Virus record (IMG/VR): IMGVR_UViG_3300031836_000045 | Span: 1 to 25,061 of that record | DNA: 25,061 bases | Direction: 5' to 3' (one strand) | Source of the DNA: a virus | Lineage: Duplodnaviria > Caudoviricetes | In this document: one piece after another, positions 1-7,325 of the stretch | Numbering within the stretch: position 1 is the first letter of the stretch | Layout of the letters: every line of letters starts with the position of its first letter | Program-made: the position numbers and the translations under genes | Notes under the pieces: generated by a model | Told to the model about the DNA's origin: nothing | Database searches by the model: none | Seen by the model: the letters and a program-made list of their open reading frames with translations, nothing else

Positions 1-47
1 TAGCGACAACCGATCGTGCACTTCACATCGGTGAAGGTCACAAAAGC

Positions 48-72
48 AAAAACCCTTCCCCGATGGGAAGGG
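48..72 (-). terminator. Intrinsic terminator downstream of the tRNA 3' end (host side of the att junction)
   Basis: Minus strand reads CCCTTCCC-ATCG-GGGAAGGG-TTTTT: a perfect 8-bp stem (53-60/65-72) plus U-tract (48-52), about 20 nt past the tRNA-fragment 3' end. Confidence 0.85.
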
Positions 73-91
73 GCCGTGGCCATGATGTTGA

Positions 92-126
92 GTGCGCCCG
101 GAGGGATTCGAACCCCCAACCTTCTG
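92..126 (-). other. Prophage att core = displaced 3' half of tRNA-Arg(ACG); not an intact tRNA
   Basis: Reverse complement CAGAAGGTT-GGGGG-TTCGAAT-CCCTC-CGGGCGC-AC gives the anticodon-stem 3' strand, variable loop, T-arm and acceptor 3' strand, matching the actinobacterial tRNA-Arg(ACG) 3' half as I recall it. There is no anticodon loop, D-arm or 5' acceptor strand beyond 126. It lies next to an integrase. Confidence 0.9.
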
Positions 127-271
127 GTTAGTGGCCAGTGAGCACGGATCAACCGTCACCAGGCGCGCCGCCAGCATGGCTGTGCATCCTGTCGACCTCG
201 ACGGGATCCGCCGTAAGAAGACTGCGGTGACACGCATCCAACGCGGCCGCACCGTGAGGGACGCAGCATGA
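92..271 (+). pseudogene. Orphaned 3' end of the att-spanning gene (inferred phage repressor C-terminal tail)
   Basis: Open frame from the first base of the att core: VRPEGFEPPTFWLVASEHGSTVTRRAASMAVHPVDLDGIRRKKTAVTRIQRGRTVRDAA*. Its TGA (269-271) overlaps the ATG at 268. An in-frame TGA at 89-91 lies on the host side. Confidence 0.7.
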
Positions 272-558
272 GTCTCACCGGAGAATGCAGCCCGCGCTTG
301 CTGGACAGGCTTTGCCTCGACGCGATCACCTACGCACTCAACGCACCGACGCTCACAATTGTCCAAGACATCGAGGACTACACCGCTTACCGTCTCCTCG
401 ACCAGGCCGAGCGCTTTGGGGCAGTCGCTGCGGTCACTATCGCCAGAGCAAGCGCTTCAGCGTCACGCATGCGCAAGCAGGAACTGCTTGACCTCGCCAT
501 CATTTCGAAGCTGACCACCCTCCCGCGTTGTCCACAGGTCGGCGAGGTGTCGGCGTGA
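268..558 (+). CDS. Hypothetical 96-aa protein between repressor tail and integrase
   Basis: GAGGG SD at 256-260; ATGA overlap upstream and GTGA overlap (555-558) with the integrase frame; third positions mostly G/C. Confidence 0.65.
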   Translation: MSLTGECSPRLLDRLCLDAITYALNAPTLTIVQDIEDYTAYRLLDQAERFGAVAAVTIARASASASRMRKQELLDLAIISKLTTLPRCPQVGEVSA

Positions 559-1430
559 AAGGCCTGGCACGGGTTTATATTTTGCCTATGGCCCGCCCCG
601 TTCCCGGGGCGTGGGGGGCAACGTTGGCCAACTGGACTGCGTACCTTCGCGCTGCCGGTCACCCCTCTACGACTATTCGCACGCGCCTGGATCATCTGTC
701 GCGGCTGGCCCGGATTTCTGGTGTGGAGGATCCGTGGGAAATCACCACCAACGACTTGATCTCATGGACCGGCCAACAGGAGTGGGCGGCCGAGACACGG
801 CGCAGCGTGCGCAACAGTCTGCTCGCGTTCTACCGGTGGGGCATCCTCGCCGGGCACGTGACCGCTTCTCCGGCAGAAGCACTCCCCCGGATCAAGGCGT
901 CCGAACCACACCCGCGGCCGGTGCCCTACGGGGTGTACCTCGAGGCACTCGCCCGGTCCGATGCCCGCACCACCCTCATCCTGCGCACCGCGGCAGAGGC
1001 GGGACTACGCCGCACTGAGATCTCCAAGATCCACGAGCGCGACCTCATCCCCGACCTCGCCGGCTACTCACTGAACGTGCACGGCAAGGGCGGCAAGCAA
1101 CGCATCGTCCCCCTGAACGACTCGCTCGCGCGTGCCATCCGCGAAGCGTGCCTCACCGGCCGCGGCTTCGCTTTCCCTGGAGATCGCGACGGACACCTGT
1201 CCGGTGAATACGTCGGCAAGCTCGCAACCCGGGCACTCCCCGGCGACTGGACCCTACACAAGCTGCGCCACTCCTTCGCGACAGACCTGCTCGGTATCGG
1301 CACCGACCTGCTCACCATCCAGCAGCTGCTCGGCCACGCGTCCGTGGCCACCACCCAGCGCTACACCCTGCCCCCCGACCACGCGAAGCGCGCCGCCATC
1401 ATCGCCCTGCACCAGCGCCGGATCGCATAG
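555..1430 (+). CDS. int: Tyrosine integrase, short XerC/D-like type without arm-binding domain
   Basis: Catalytic motifs GLRRTEI (R), GKGGKQR (K), HKLRH (HxxR), LLGH (H), TTQRY (Y). Start is either GTG 555 (SD GAGGTG 544-549) or ATG 588 (leaderless candidate). Confidence 0.95.
   Translation: MKGLARVYILPMARPVPGAWGATLANWTAYLRAAGHPSTTIRTRLDHLSRLARISGVEDPWEITTNDLISWTGQQEWAAETRRSVRNSLLAFYRWGILAGHVTASPAEALPRIKASEPHPRPVPYGVYLEALARSDARTTLILRTAAEAGLRRTEISKIHERDLIPDLAGYSLNVHGKGGKQRIVPLNDSLARAIREACLTGRGFAFPGDRDGHLSGEYVGKLATRALPGDWTLHKLRHSFATDLLGIGTDLLTIQQLLGHASVATTQRYTLPPDHAKRAAIIALHQRRIA
576..581 (+). promoter_or_regulatory. Candidate -10 hexamer (TATATT) for a leaderless integrase transcript starting at ATG 588
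   Basis: TANNNT hexamer in an AT-rich patch, 6 nt before an in-frame ATG. No clear -35. Confidence 0.45.
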
Positions 1431-1452
1431 CGCAATACCGAGAGTGACTGGA

Positions 1453-1731
1453 CTAGCTGTAGCAGCCTGCGTCAGTCAGCTTCCCGTTGATGTAGTCCAT
1501 GAGCTCTACGTTGCCGTGACCGGTGCGCTCACGGGTCGAGCCGTTGTTCTGATCGGCAACATCAAACTGCTCCTGCAGCGCGGCACAGTCCGAGTCATCG
1601 GCATACCCATCGATCTTCGACTTGAGCGTCGAGTCATAGTCGTCCCAGGCCACGGACGAATTGGGCACGTCAGACGAACCGCACCCCGCCACCAGTAGTG
1701 CAACTGCCACGACAACCCCTAAGCGCTTCAT
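1453..1731 (-). CDS. Small lipoprotein (moron; superinfection-exclusion candidate)
   Basis: MKR, hydrophobic stretch, lipobox LVAG-C. The mature part is acidic with two further Cys. It sits between int and the lysis cassette. Confidence 0.85.
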   Translation of the reverse strand: MKRLGVVVAVALLVAGCGSSDVPNSSVAWDDYDSTLKSKIDGYADDSDCAALQEQFDVADQNNGSTRERTGHGNVELMDYINGKLTDAGCYS

Positions 1732-1737
1732 GAGGCC

Positions 1738-1743
1738 ACCCTA
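1738..1743 (-). promoter_or_regulatory. -10 hexamer (TAGGGT) of a leaderless promoter for the lipoprotein
   Basis: Minus strand TAGGGT-ggcctc-ATG: TANNNT, 6 nt, then start codon, with no SD. Confidence 0.65.
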
Positions 1744-1815
1744 GCGCAGCACGGTGGCCGACGTCAGAGTTGCTCCCCCTCACCGGCGCGACGTCATCGT
1801 CGATGCGCGACAAGA

Positions 1816-1860
1816 GAGCCCCGCTCTGTTCCGGCGAGGGTCCGGAACAGAGCGGGGCTC
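1816..1860 (-). terminator. Strong hairpin ending the late operon after the holin
   Basis: Perfect 19-bp inverted repeat GAGCCCCGCTCTGTTCCGG / CCGGAACAGAGCGGGGCTC with a 7-nt loop, 15 nt after the holin stop, followed by TCTTGT on the minus strand. Confidence 0.85.
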
Positions 1861-1875
1861 AGTCTTGGGTCAGTG

Positions 1876-2307
1876 CTACTCGATAGGGATCTTCGACTCC
1901 GCGGGGGCAGCCACGAGCGACTTCACCACCGCGAGGAACACCGTCAAACCAATCGCACTCAAAGTGTTGGCCCAGTCAAACGTGAGAGCGTTGAACACCC
2001 CATCTGCCGCAGCGGCAGCCACCGCAGAGATAGCGGTCGCGAGCGCGATCGCGAAGGTGCGGACGATGCGCCACGCCATGGCCTGCCAGTAGGGGACGTT
2101 GGTGCCGGCCGTCTCGGGCAGTGATGCTAGCGAGACGACGAGGGACCAGATAGCACCGCCGATGGCGACGCCGGCCGCGAGCGCCCAGTTGATGGCGTCG
2201 AAGCTGGTGACGATGATGACTGCGAGGACGGACTGTGCGGCCTGTGAGAGGGCGCGTTCGGCCGCGGCCTTCCACCAGGTAGTCGATGTGAGTTTCTCCT
2301 TGAGCAT
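1876..2307 (-). CDS. Holin (r1t-like, two tandem units, about 4 TM segments)
   Basis: WWKAAAERALSQAAQ motif and a second copy YWQAMAWRIVRTFA; hydrophobic; directly after the endolysin. Confidence 0.88.
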   Translation of the reverse strand: MLKEKLTSTTWWKAAAERALSQAAQSVLAVIIVTSFDAINWALAAGVAIGGAIWSLVVSLASLPETAGTNVPYWQAMAWRIVRTFAIALATAISAVAAAAADGVFNALTFDWANTLSAIGLTVFLAVVKSLVAAPAESKIPIE

Positions 2308-2316
2308 GGTGTCTCC

Positions 2317-3273
2317 CTAGTTCTTGATCTTGCCGTCGTTGATGGCACGCTGGAGCGCCTCGACGGTGGTGGACTTGCCGTTCTTGCCGGTACCCAGTCG
2401 GCCGTCAATGGCGCCGCGGTAGTCGCCGGTGCGGTGAAGCCACGTCTGCAGGCCCTCGATGTGGTTGGGGCCGATCTTGCCGTCACGCTTACCGAGGATC
2501 GACTTGCTCACCCCCTGGCTGACGAGGAAGTCGTACAGCGCGTAGATCAGCGGGGAGCCCTTAGAGGAGGTCGAGGCCTTCCACCCCCACGTGAGTGCGG
2601 GGTTGTCGTCGAGCCAATGCGAGGACTGGTTCCAGACCTCACCGTCGACGGGTGTACCCAGGTCGGACTGCAGCTCAATGATGGTGTCCGTGCCCCAGTA
2701 CCCATCGGGCTTGGAGTAGTCGTCGACCTTGTCATGCTCCTCGGGCTTGGGCTTCGGCTTGGGCTGAACGTCGTGCGCGCCAGCGTAGGCAAAGATCATG
2801 TCGAGGAAGTCCTCCCACGAGATGTCTGCCTTGCTGCCACGCAGTTCACGCGGGCAATCCTTGCCCCATGGGGAGTAGTCCTCGTGCTGCTTGATGTCGG
2901 AGCGTTCCCAGCCGTACTCCACGACATCCATCGCGATCCGCTCTGCAGCATTGGAGATCATCTGCACGTAGTTGCCGTCGGAGTTGACGCACAGCTCATA
3001 GCTGATCGTCGACGTGTTGCCGGGGCCGCGGCCGTCGCCGGCGTGCCAGCACTGGCGCGAGTCGATGTAGGACTGGAACGCAGCCTCGTCATCAATGGTG
3101 ACGTGCCACGACGCGACGCGCACGTTGCCCCTGGACTGAAGGTTCGCGTGAGCCTGCGCGTCTGCGCCCTTGTTGGTGTTCGCGGTCATGTGGGCGGTCG
3201 CACCGGTGCAGGGATTCACACCCGGGTAGTAGCGCTTCTTCGACGTGATCTGATTCACGATCTTGACAGGCAT
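2317..3273 (-). CDS. Endolysin: Zn-dependent N-acetylmuramoyl-L-alanine amidase (Amidase_2 type) with C-terminal peptidoglycan-binding repeats
   Basis: AHMTAN, ASWHVTIDD, WHAGDG, SYELC, QH...GKDCP; PKPKPKP linker; DGxxGxxT/HxxxLQ repeats. Confidence 0.93.
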   Translation of the reverse strand: MPVKIVNQITSKKRYYPGVNPCTGATAHMTANTNKGADAQAHANLQSRGNVRVASWHVTIDDEAAFQSYIDSRQCWHAGDGRGPGNTSTISYELCVNSDGNYVQMISNAAERIAMDVVEYGWERSDIKQHEDYSPWGKDCPRELRGSKADISWEDFLDMIFAYAGAHDVQPKPKPKPEEHDKVDDYSKPDGYWGTDTIIELQSDLGTPVDGEVWNQSSHWLDDNPALTWGWKASTSSKGSPLIYALYDFLVSQGVSKSILGKRDGKIGPNHIEGLQTWLHRTGDYRGAIDGRLGTGKNGKSTTVEALQRAINDGKIKN

Positions 3274-3336
3274 TATTCCTCCAGGGCATGGGTCGAGACC
3301 CGGCCACGTGTGCGGACGGGTTGGTGTGGTGGTGGA

Positions 3337-3648
3337 TTAGACGCCGGTGGGTCGTGGCGGTGGGGGCGGTGGCATCTGCTGCCAGATGTGGTGCTCCAAA
3401 ACGTCGATGTGGTCGCCCTGCTCGCGTTTGATCCGAGCATCGGCCTCACGTGCGGCCCATAGCACATCGCACCGACGTGACCACTCGGCGTCCCGGTCCT
3501 CGAGCGCTTTGATGCGGGCCCGGTCTGACTCGCGCTCCGCGAGTTGCGTGTTGCGGGTCGATGATTTCGCCACCGCCCACGATCCGGTGAGCGCTGTCAC
3601 GAGTGTCACAATGGCGGTGACGATGACGGCGGCGAGATTGATATCCAT
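3337..3648 (-). CDS. Lysis-region membrane protein (one N-terminal TM, coiled coil, Pro-rich tail)
   Basis: SD GAGGAGG; N-terminal hydrophobic helix; ends PPPPPPRPTGV; directly upstream of the endolysin. Confidence 0.8.
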   Translation of the reverse strand: MDINLAAVIVTAIVTLVTALTGSWAVAKSSTRNTQLAERESDRARIKALEDRDAEWSRRCDVLWAAREADARIKREQGDHIDVLEHHIWQQMPPPPPPRPTGV

Positions 3649-3741
3649 CGGTCAGGGCCTCCTCGGCATCGGGGACTGGGGGGTAGGGCAAGAATGTGGG
3701 GCGGCAGGGGGCGTTAAATTGCTCACACCGTGTAGGAGATG

Positions 3742-3763
3742 GCCCCAACGTTCACGCCGGGGC
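3742..3763 (-). terminator. Hairpin between last tail gene and lysis cassette (possible terminator or RNA stabiliser)
   Basis: Minus strand GCCCCGGCG-TGAA-CGTTGGGGC: 9-bp stem with two G-U pairs that form only in minus-strand RNA. No U-tract. Confidence 0.4.
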
Positions 3764-3775
3764 TGGTGGTCGTGG

Positions 3776-4366
3776 TTAGCCGACCGGGTATGTGACGGTG
3801 CCGCGGATCGTGTTACCGCTTGCGTTCGCGTCTACGAAATAAATCGTAATAGCCCCGTTAATACTCACAATTGCCCGGTAGATTTCGGGGCCGTTAACCA
3901 AGAACCAAACGCCGCCAGAAACCGTATGCGCCCAACGAGAGTCTGCGTTCATCACGCCGGTGATCGTTCCCGCCGCCCGGATCGAGGCCGCCGTGAGGTT
4001 GACGTTGATGGTCGCCCAGCCGTCCTTGACGCGCACCGAGTTGCTGGAGTTCCAACCCCCAGGCGAGCCAGCCGGGGTAAACCAGCCCGTATCACTTGTG
4101 GCGACGTGCGTGTTCCATGTCGACCCGTCCACCGTCGACTGGAGTTGCTTTCCCGCCGCCTGCCCCTTGTTGTGGACATACAGCGGATTGTCGGCATTGA
4201 CGGTGTAGCCCGCGACGGCGAGGTCGGACACCAGCGTCGCTCGGGCCGTGTTGTCGGCGACGTGCACGATGTCGTTGACCGACAGAGAGAGCGCCTTCAC
4301 GATCGCTTCAATATCGACCGCGCTACCACCCGTGGGCACTATGTGATTGCGTGCATCTATCGCCAT
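3776..4366 (-). CDS. Minor tail protein (tail fibre/receptor-binding candidate)
   Basis: Last gene of the tail module; SD AGGAG; SDTGW motif followed by a beta-rich C-terminus. Confidence 0.75.
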   Translation of the reverse strand: MAIDARNHIVPTGGSAVDIEAIVKALSLSVNDIVHVADNTARATLVSDLAVAGYTVNADNPLYVHNKGQAAGKQLQSTVDGSTWNTHVATSDTGWFTPAGSPGGWNSSNSVRVKDGWATINVNLTAASIRAAGTITGVMNADSRWAHTVSGGVWFLVNGPEIYRAIVSINGAITIYFVDANASGNTIRGTVTYPVG

Positions 4367-4375
4367 GTCAAACTC

Positions 4376-5434
4376 CTAATTCGCTGTCGTGTAGGTGATC
4401 TTGAGTGCCATGCCATCCGCCGCCGAGGTGCCCCGCACCGCGTTGTAGCCCGAACCGACCAAGCAGATGCCCTTCAGGGTGCCGTCCGCGAAGTCGGTAT
4501 ACAGGCCGCCTGGAATGGTCACCACGTCCTTGCCGGTTTTGCCCGGATCCCCAGTCACCGTGGAACCCGACGACGACGGCGACCCGCCAGGCTTCGACCC
4601 ATGCGGGGAGCCTTGCACCTCAATGTTGGGGTAGGACCCGAGAGCCAAACCCGCACCACGCAACGTCAGCTTCATCGACGTGATCTCGATCGCGTTGAGG
4701 TTCTTGATCTGGTTGCCGTAGGCTGCCAAACCCTTGAGAGTGCCCGACCCGAAACTGGCACCCTGGTACAGGGTGGAACGGCCACCGTAACGGTTGGTGT
4801 TCCAGCGATCCCACGTCGAACCCGACCTATGTGTTCCCGACCACGAAGGGGTGATCGTTACCGTGCGCGTCACCGTCGACGGTGGCGGCGGCGGAGGGGG
4901 CGGCACATCTTCCACGTCCTCTGGCTCCGTAGGCACGGGATCGACCGGTGGGTTTGTCGCAAGACCCGCGATCAGATACGGGACACCATCAAACGGATTC
5001 ACCAGTACCCACGTCGCGGCGGCCGTCGTGTAGGTCGGCCCCGTCACATAGGGCAGCACATACGCCACACCCTCATACGTGACCGTGGCAGTACGAGCCG
5101 ACGTGTTTACTACGGAAGGGATCAGCGACGTGCGCGCCGGATACGACACCGGGAACACGGGTCCCGCACACCACTCAGCCGAGCCCCCACGGAGCGGGTT
5201 GCGCACCACAAACACGGTGCGACCCACGATGTAGCGCGCAGCCAGCGCACTCATCCACGAACCAGCACCACCATTGATCGCGACCTTCACACGGTTCGTG
5301 GCACGGTCGACCTCGACCACCACCCCGCTGACCACCATCGACGGGTCCGCGCCACGCACCAAACCACGCGGCAGCGCCTGTACCTCCCGCGCCACATCAA
5401 GTCGCGAGCGCTGGAAGTGGTGTGAGGCTGGCAT
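4376..5434 (-). CDS. Minor tail protein
   Basis: TAATG overlap with the upstream gene; small beta-rich N-terminal domains, poly-Pro linker, Gly/Ser/Thr-rich C-terminal domain. Confidence 0.8.
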   Translation of the reverse strand: MPASHHFQRSRLDVAREVQALPRGLVRGADPSMVVSGVVVEVDRATNRVKVAINGGAGSWMSALAARYIVGRTVFVVRNPLRGGSAEWCAGPVFPVSYPARTSLIPSVVNTSARTATVTYEGVAYVLPYVTGPTYTTAAATWVLVNPFDGVPYLIAGLATNPPVDPVPTEPEDVEDVPPPPPPPPSTVTRTVTITPSWSGTHRSGSTWDRWNTNRYGGRSTLYQGASFGSGTLKGLAAYGNQIKNLNAIEITSMKLTLRGAGLALGSYPNIEVQGSPHGSKPGGSPSSSGSTVTGDPGKTGKDVVTIPGGLYTDFADGTLKGICLVGSGYNAVRGTSAADGMALKITYTTAN

Positions 5435-6537
5435 TATCCGACACCCACGTCTACGCGCATTGGGTTGCCATCAGCGGTCAGGGGCATGTCGATTCCGACG
5501 ATGTACCCACGCTCCTGGAACTGCCACAATTGGGTTGACGGCAGGTAGTCGGACAGCACTGCGACCGGGTCGTCGAGCTCGAGTCGAGGGTCTGGGACGA
5601 TCTCGACGGGGATAGTTCGTGAGGGGCGAAGCGCCGATGCGCGGAGCTTGTCTGCTGCCTTCTGGGCTTGAGCGACGCTACCGATCAGCGGTGACGAATA
5701 GAAGGTCGGCACCTCACCGTAAACGTCAACAGCCATAGGCCCCGATGTTGTGGACGACACCGCTTGGATGGGTGCCTGCTGAGGGTCGTCGATCGCGCTC
5801 GATCTAGCCACCACCACGTTGTACGCACCCTCCCGGGTGTCGCTCATAGTCTTGCCGACCAGGGTGCCACCTTCACCGTCACGCAGCGTGGTGATCGGGG
5901 TGGCAACATCGGCCAGAGGCGGCAGCACGAGTAGCTGCCCGATGCCGTCCGCAAGGATCCGTGCAGGCCACGCGTTCGCGATGTCGTACAACGCGCCGAG
6001 GCGATCTTCAGCCCACTCGAAAGATCGTGGGCAGGGGCGATCAACCAACTCAGCGTCGAAGCCGGCGATGACACCGGGAGGGAGGAGGCGCCGGAACTCA
6101 GACTTGAGTGTGCCGCCCACACGTGGGGCAAGCGGGACGATGAGGCGAGCGTCATCCACGGGCTGGAGGACACCCTTCGCGGTGACCCTGATGGTGTCGC
6201 CAGCGTCCTTCGAGTCTTGAATCGCGAACATGCCAAGTCGGGTCTCATAGTCCATGCTGGCGAGCTGCGACCGCACTGTGACCTTCACCGCAAGTTGCTG
6301 ACCAAAGCGCGCCAGTGGATGGTCCGGATCGTGACCCGGGTGGTAATCGGTCCCACCGTCGAAACGGGGAACCTCAACGGTGAGGATCTCCGGGACCCGC
6401 TGCGACCGCGACCACGTGATCCGGCCACCCACGATGGGGATGTCATCAGCGAGCAGGGTGCCGTTCTTCCACGACGCCATCTGCGGAGTCCACTGCACGA
6501 AGCCCGCGAGCAGTTCGTCTGGGGCACCGCTCCTCAC
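5434..6537 (-). CDS. Minor tail protein, baseplate hub-like (DUF5047-like)
   Basis: Second gene after TMP; motifs LARFGQQL, LGMF, YNVVVA, FYSSPLI, PDPRLELDD; GTGA overlap. Confidence 0.8.
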   Translation of the reverse strand: MRSGAPDELLAGFVQWTPQMASWKNGTLLADDIPIVGGRITWSRSQRVPEILTVEVPRFDGGTDYHPGHDPDHPLARFGQQLAVKVTVRSQLASMDYETRLGMFAIQDSKDAGDTIRVTAKGVLQPVDDARLIVPLAPRVGGTLKSEFRRLLPPGVIAGFDAELVDRPCPRSFEWAEDRLGALYDIANAWPARILADGIGQLLVLPPLADVATPITTLRDGEGGTLVGKTMSDTREGAYNVVVARSSAIDDPQQAPIQAVSSTTSGPMAVDVYGEVPTFYSSPLIGSVAQAQKAADKLRASALRPSRTIPVEIVPDPRLELDDPVAVLSDYLPSTQLWQFQERGYIVGIDMPLTADGNPMRVDVGVG

Positions 6538-7325
6538 AGCAGCACACCCCAGTCGTACACCCGCAAGTCATCGAGCGTGTAGCTACTGAAGAACGTCTTG
6601 AAGCCGTCGAGGTCACCACCCGTGAACGCAGTCTTGACGTCGTTGAGGTCGAACGCGACCAACGCCACACCAGGCTCCGGGTCTCCCAGCTGCTGAACCG
6701 GGAACGCCCAGTTGCGTAGCGTGCCCACAGCACCGACCAGCTTCGCCGTGCCCGAATACACGGCAAGGATCTCCACCGGAGGGATCCCCCGGTCAGTCAC
6801 CCGGACCGAGTTACGGCGAATCACCGCACCGCCAGCCAAGATCAACTGCTCCAGTTTGAGCGAGTCCGCACCACCGACCTCAACGATCAACTTGCCTGCC
6901 GGAGCGAGACCAGCGTCAAAGCGGCCCGACATTGACGACCTCGCCGAGATAGCAAACACCGAGACGCGGCCCTCGAAGGTGCGCTCGTCATCCGTGGAGA
7001 TCACCGCACACCCCACCACCAGAGTGCCGGCAAGGTTCTGCAACACACAGTCACCGTCATAGTCCACAGTGACTGGGTCCGCCTGGGTCACCACACCGCC
7101 GATCGTGACGGTGTACACGATCTCCCCATTGAACGGGGCACGGTTATCGACCAACACCAACGACGTGCCGTCGGACGTGCCCGTGCCACCCGGCACAGGC
7201 CACGACCTCACACCGTAAGTCCCGACCACGGTGAACACGTCACCGTCGCTCATGCCCGACGCCACGACCTGCACCGGGCGCGGGTCACTCGTCGTCAACA
7301 CCGATGCCACAATCGCCACAGCCAT
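6534..7325 (-). CDS. Minor tail protein (distal-tail position)
   Basis: First gene after TMP with TGATG overlap; beta-rich. Confidence 0.75.
   Translation of the reverse strand: MAVAIVASVLTTSDPRPVQVVASGMSDGDVFTVVGTYGVRSWPVPGGTGTSDGTSLVLVDNRAPFNGEIVYTVTIGGVVTQADPVTVDYDGDCVLQNLAGTLVVGCAVISTDDERTFEGRVSVFAISARSSMSGRFDAGLAPAGKLIVEVGGADSLKLEQLILAGGAVIRRNSVRVTDRGIPPVEILAVYSGTAKLVGAVGTLRNWAFPVQQLGDPEPGVALVAFDLNDVKTAFTGGDLDGFKTFFSSYTLDDLRVYDWGVLL

Noticed and set aside
92-165. Intact tRNA gene
   Set aside because: Only the 3' 35 nt are tRNA-like; no anticodon loop, D-arm or 5' acceptor strand (GCGCCCG) follows.
81-271. Independent 59-aa gene starting at GTG 92 from a host-side CATGAT -10
   Set aside because: No SD, a weak hexamer and short spacing. 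It is better explained as the severed tail of an att-spanning gene, though low-level expression is not excluded.
2434-3462. 342-aa + strand ORF, and similar long + ORFs such as 11804..12646, 20235..21299 and 21736..22410
   Set aside because: Antisense to clear phage genes, no motifs; stop-poor reverse frames are expected at this GC content.
3347-5425. 692-aa + strand ORF
   Set aside because: Antisense shadow of three well-supported minus-strand genes; Arg/His-rich composition typical of non-coding frames in high-GC DNA.
3776-5434. Diversity-generating retroelement or invertible tail-fibre cassette
   Set aside because: No reverse transcriptase or invertase, and I saw no duplicated template/variable repeat in the window.
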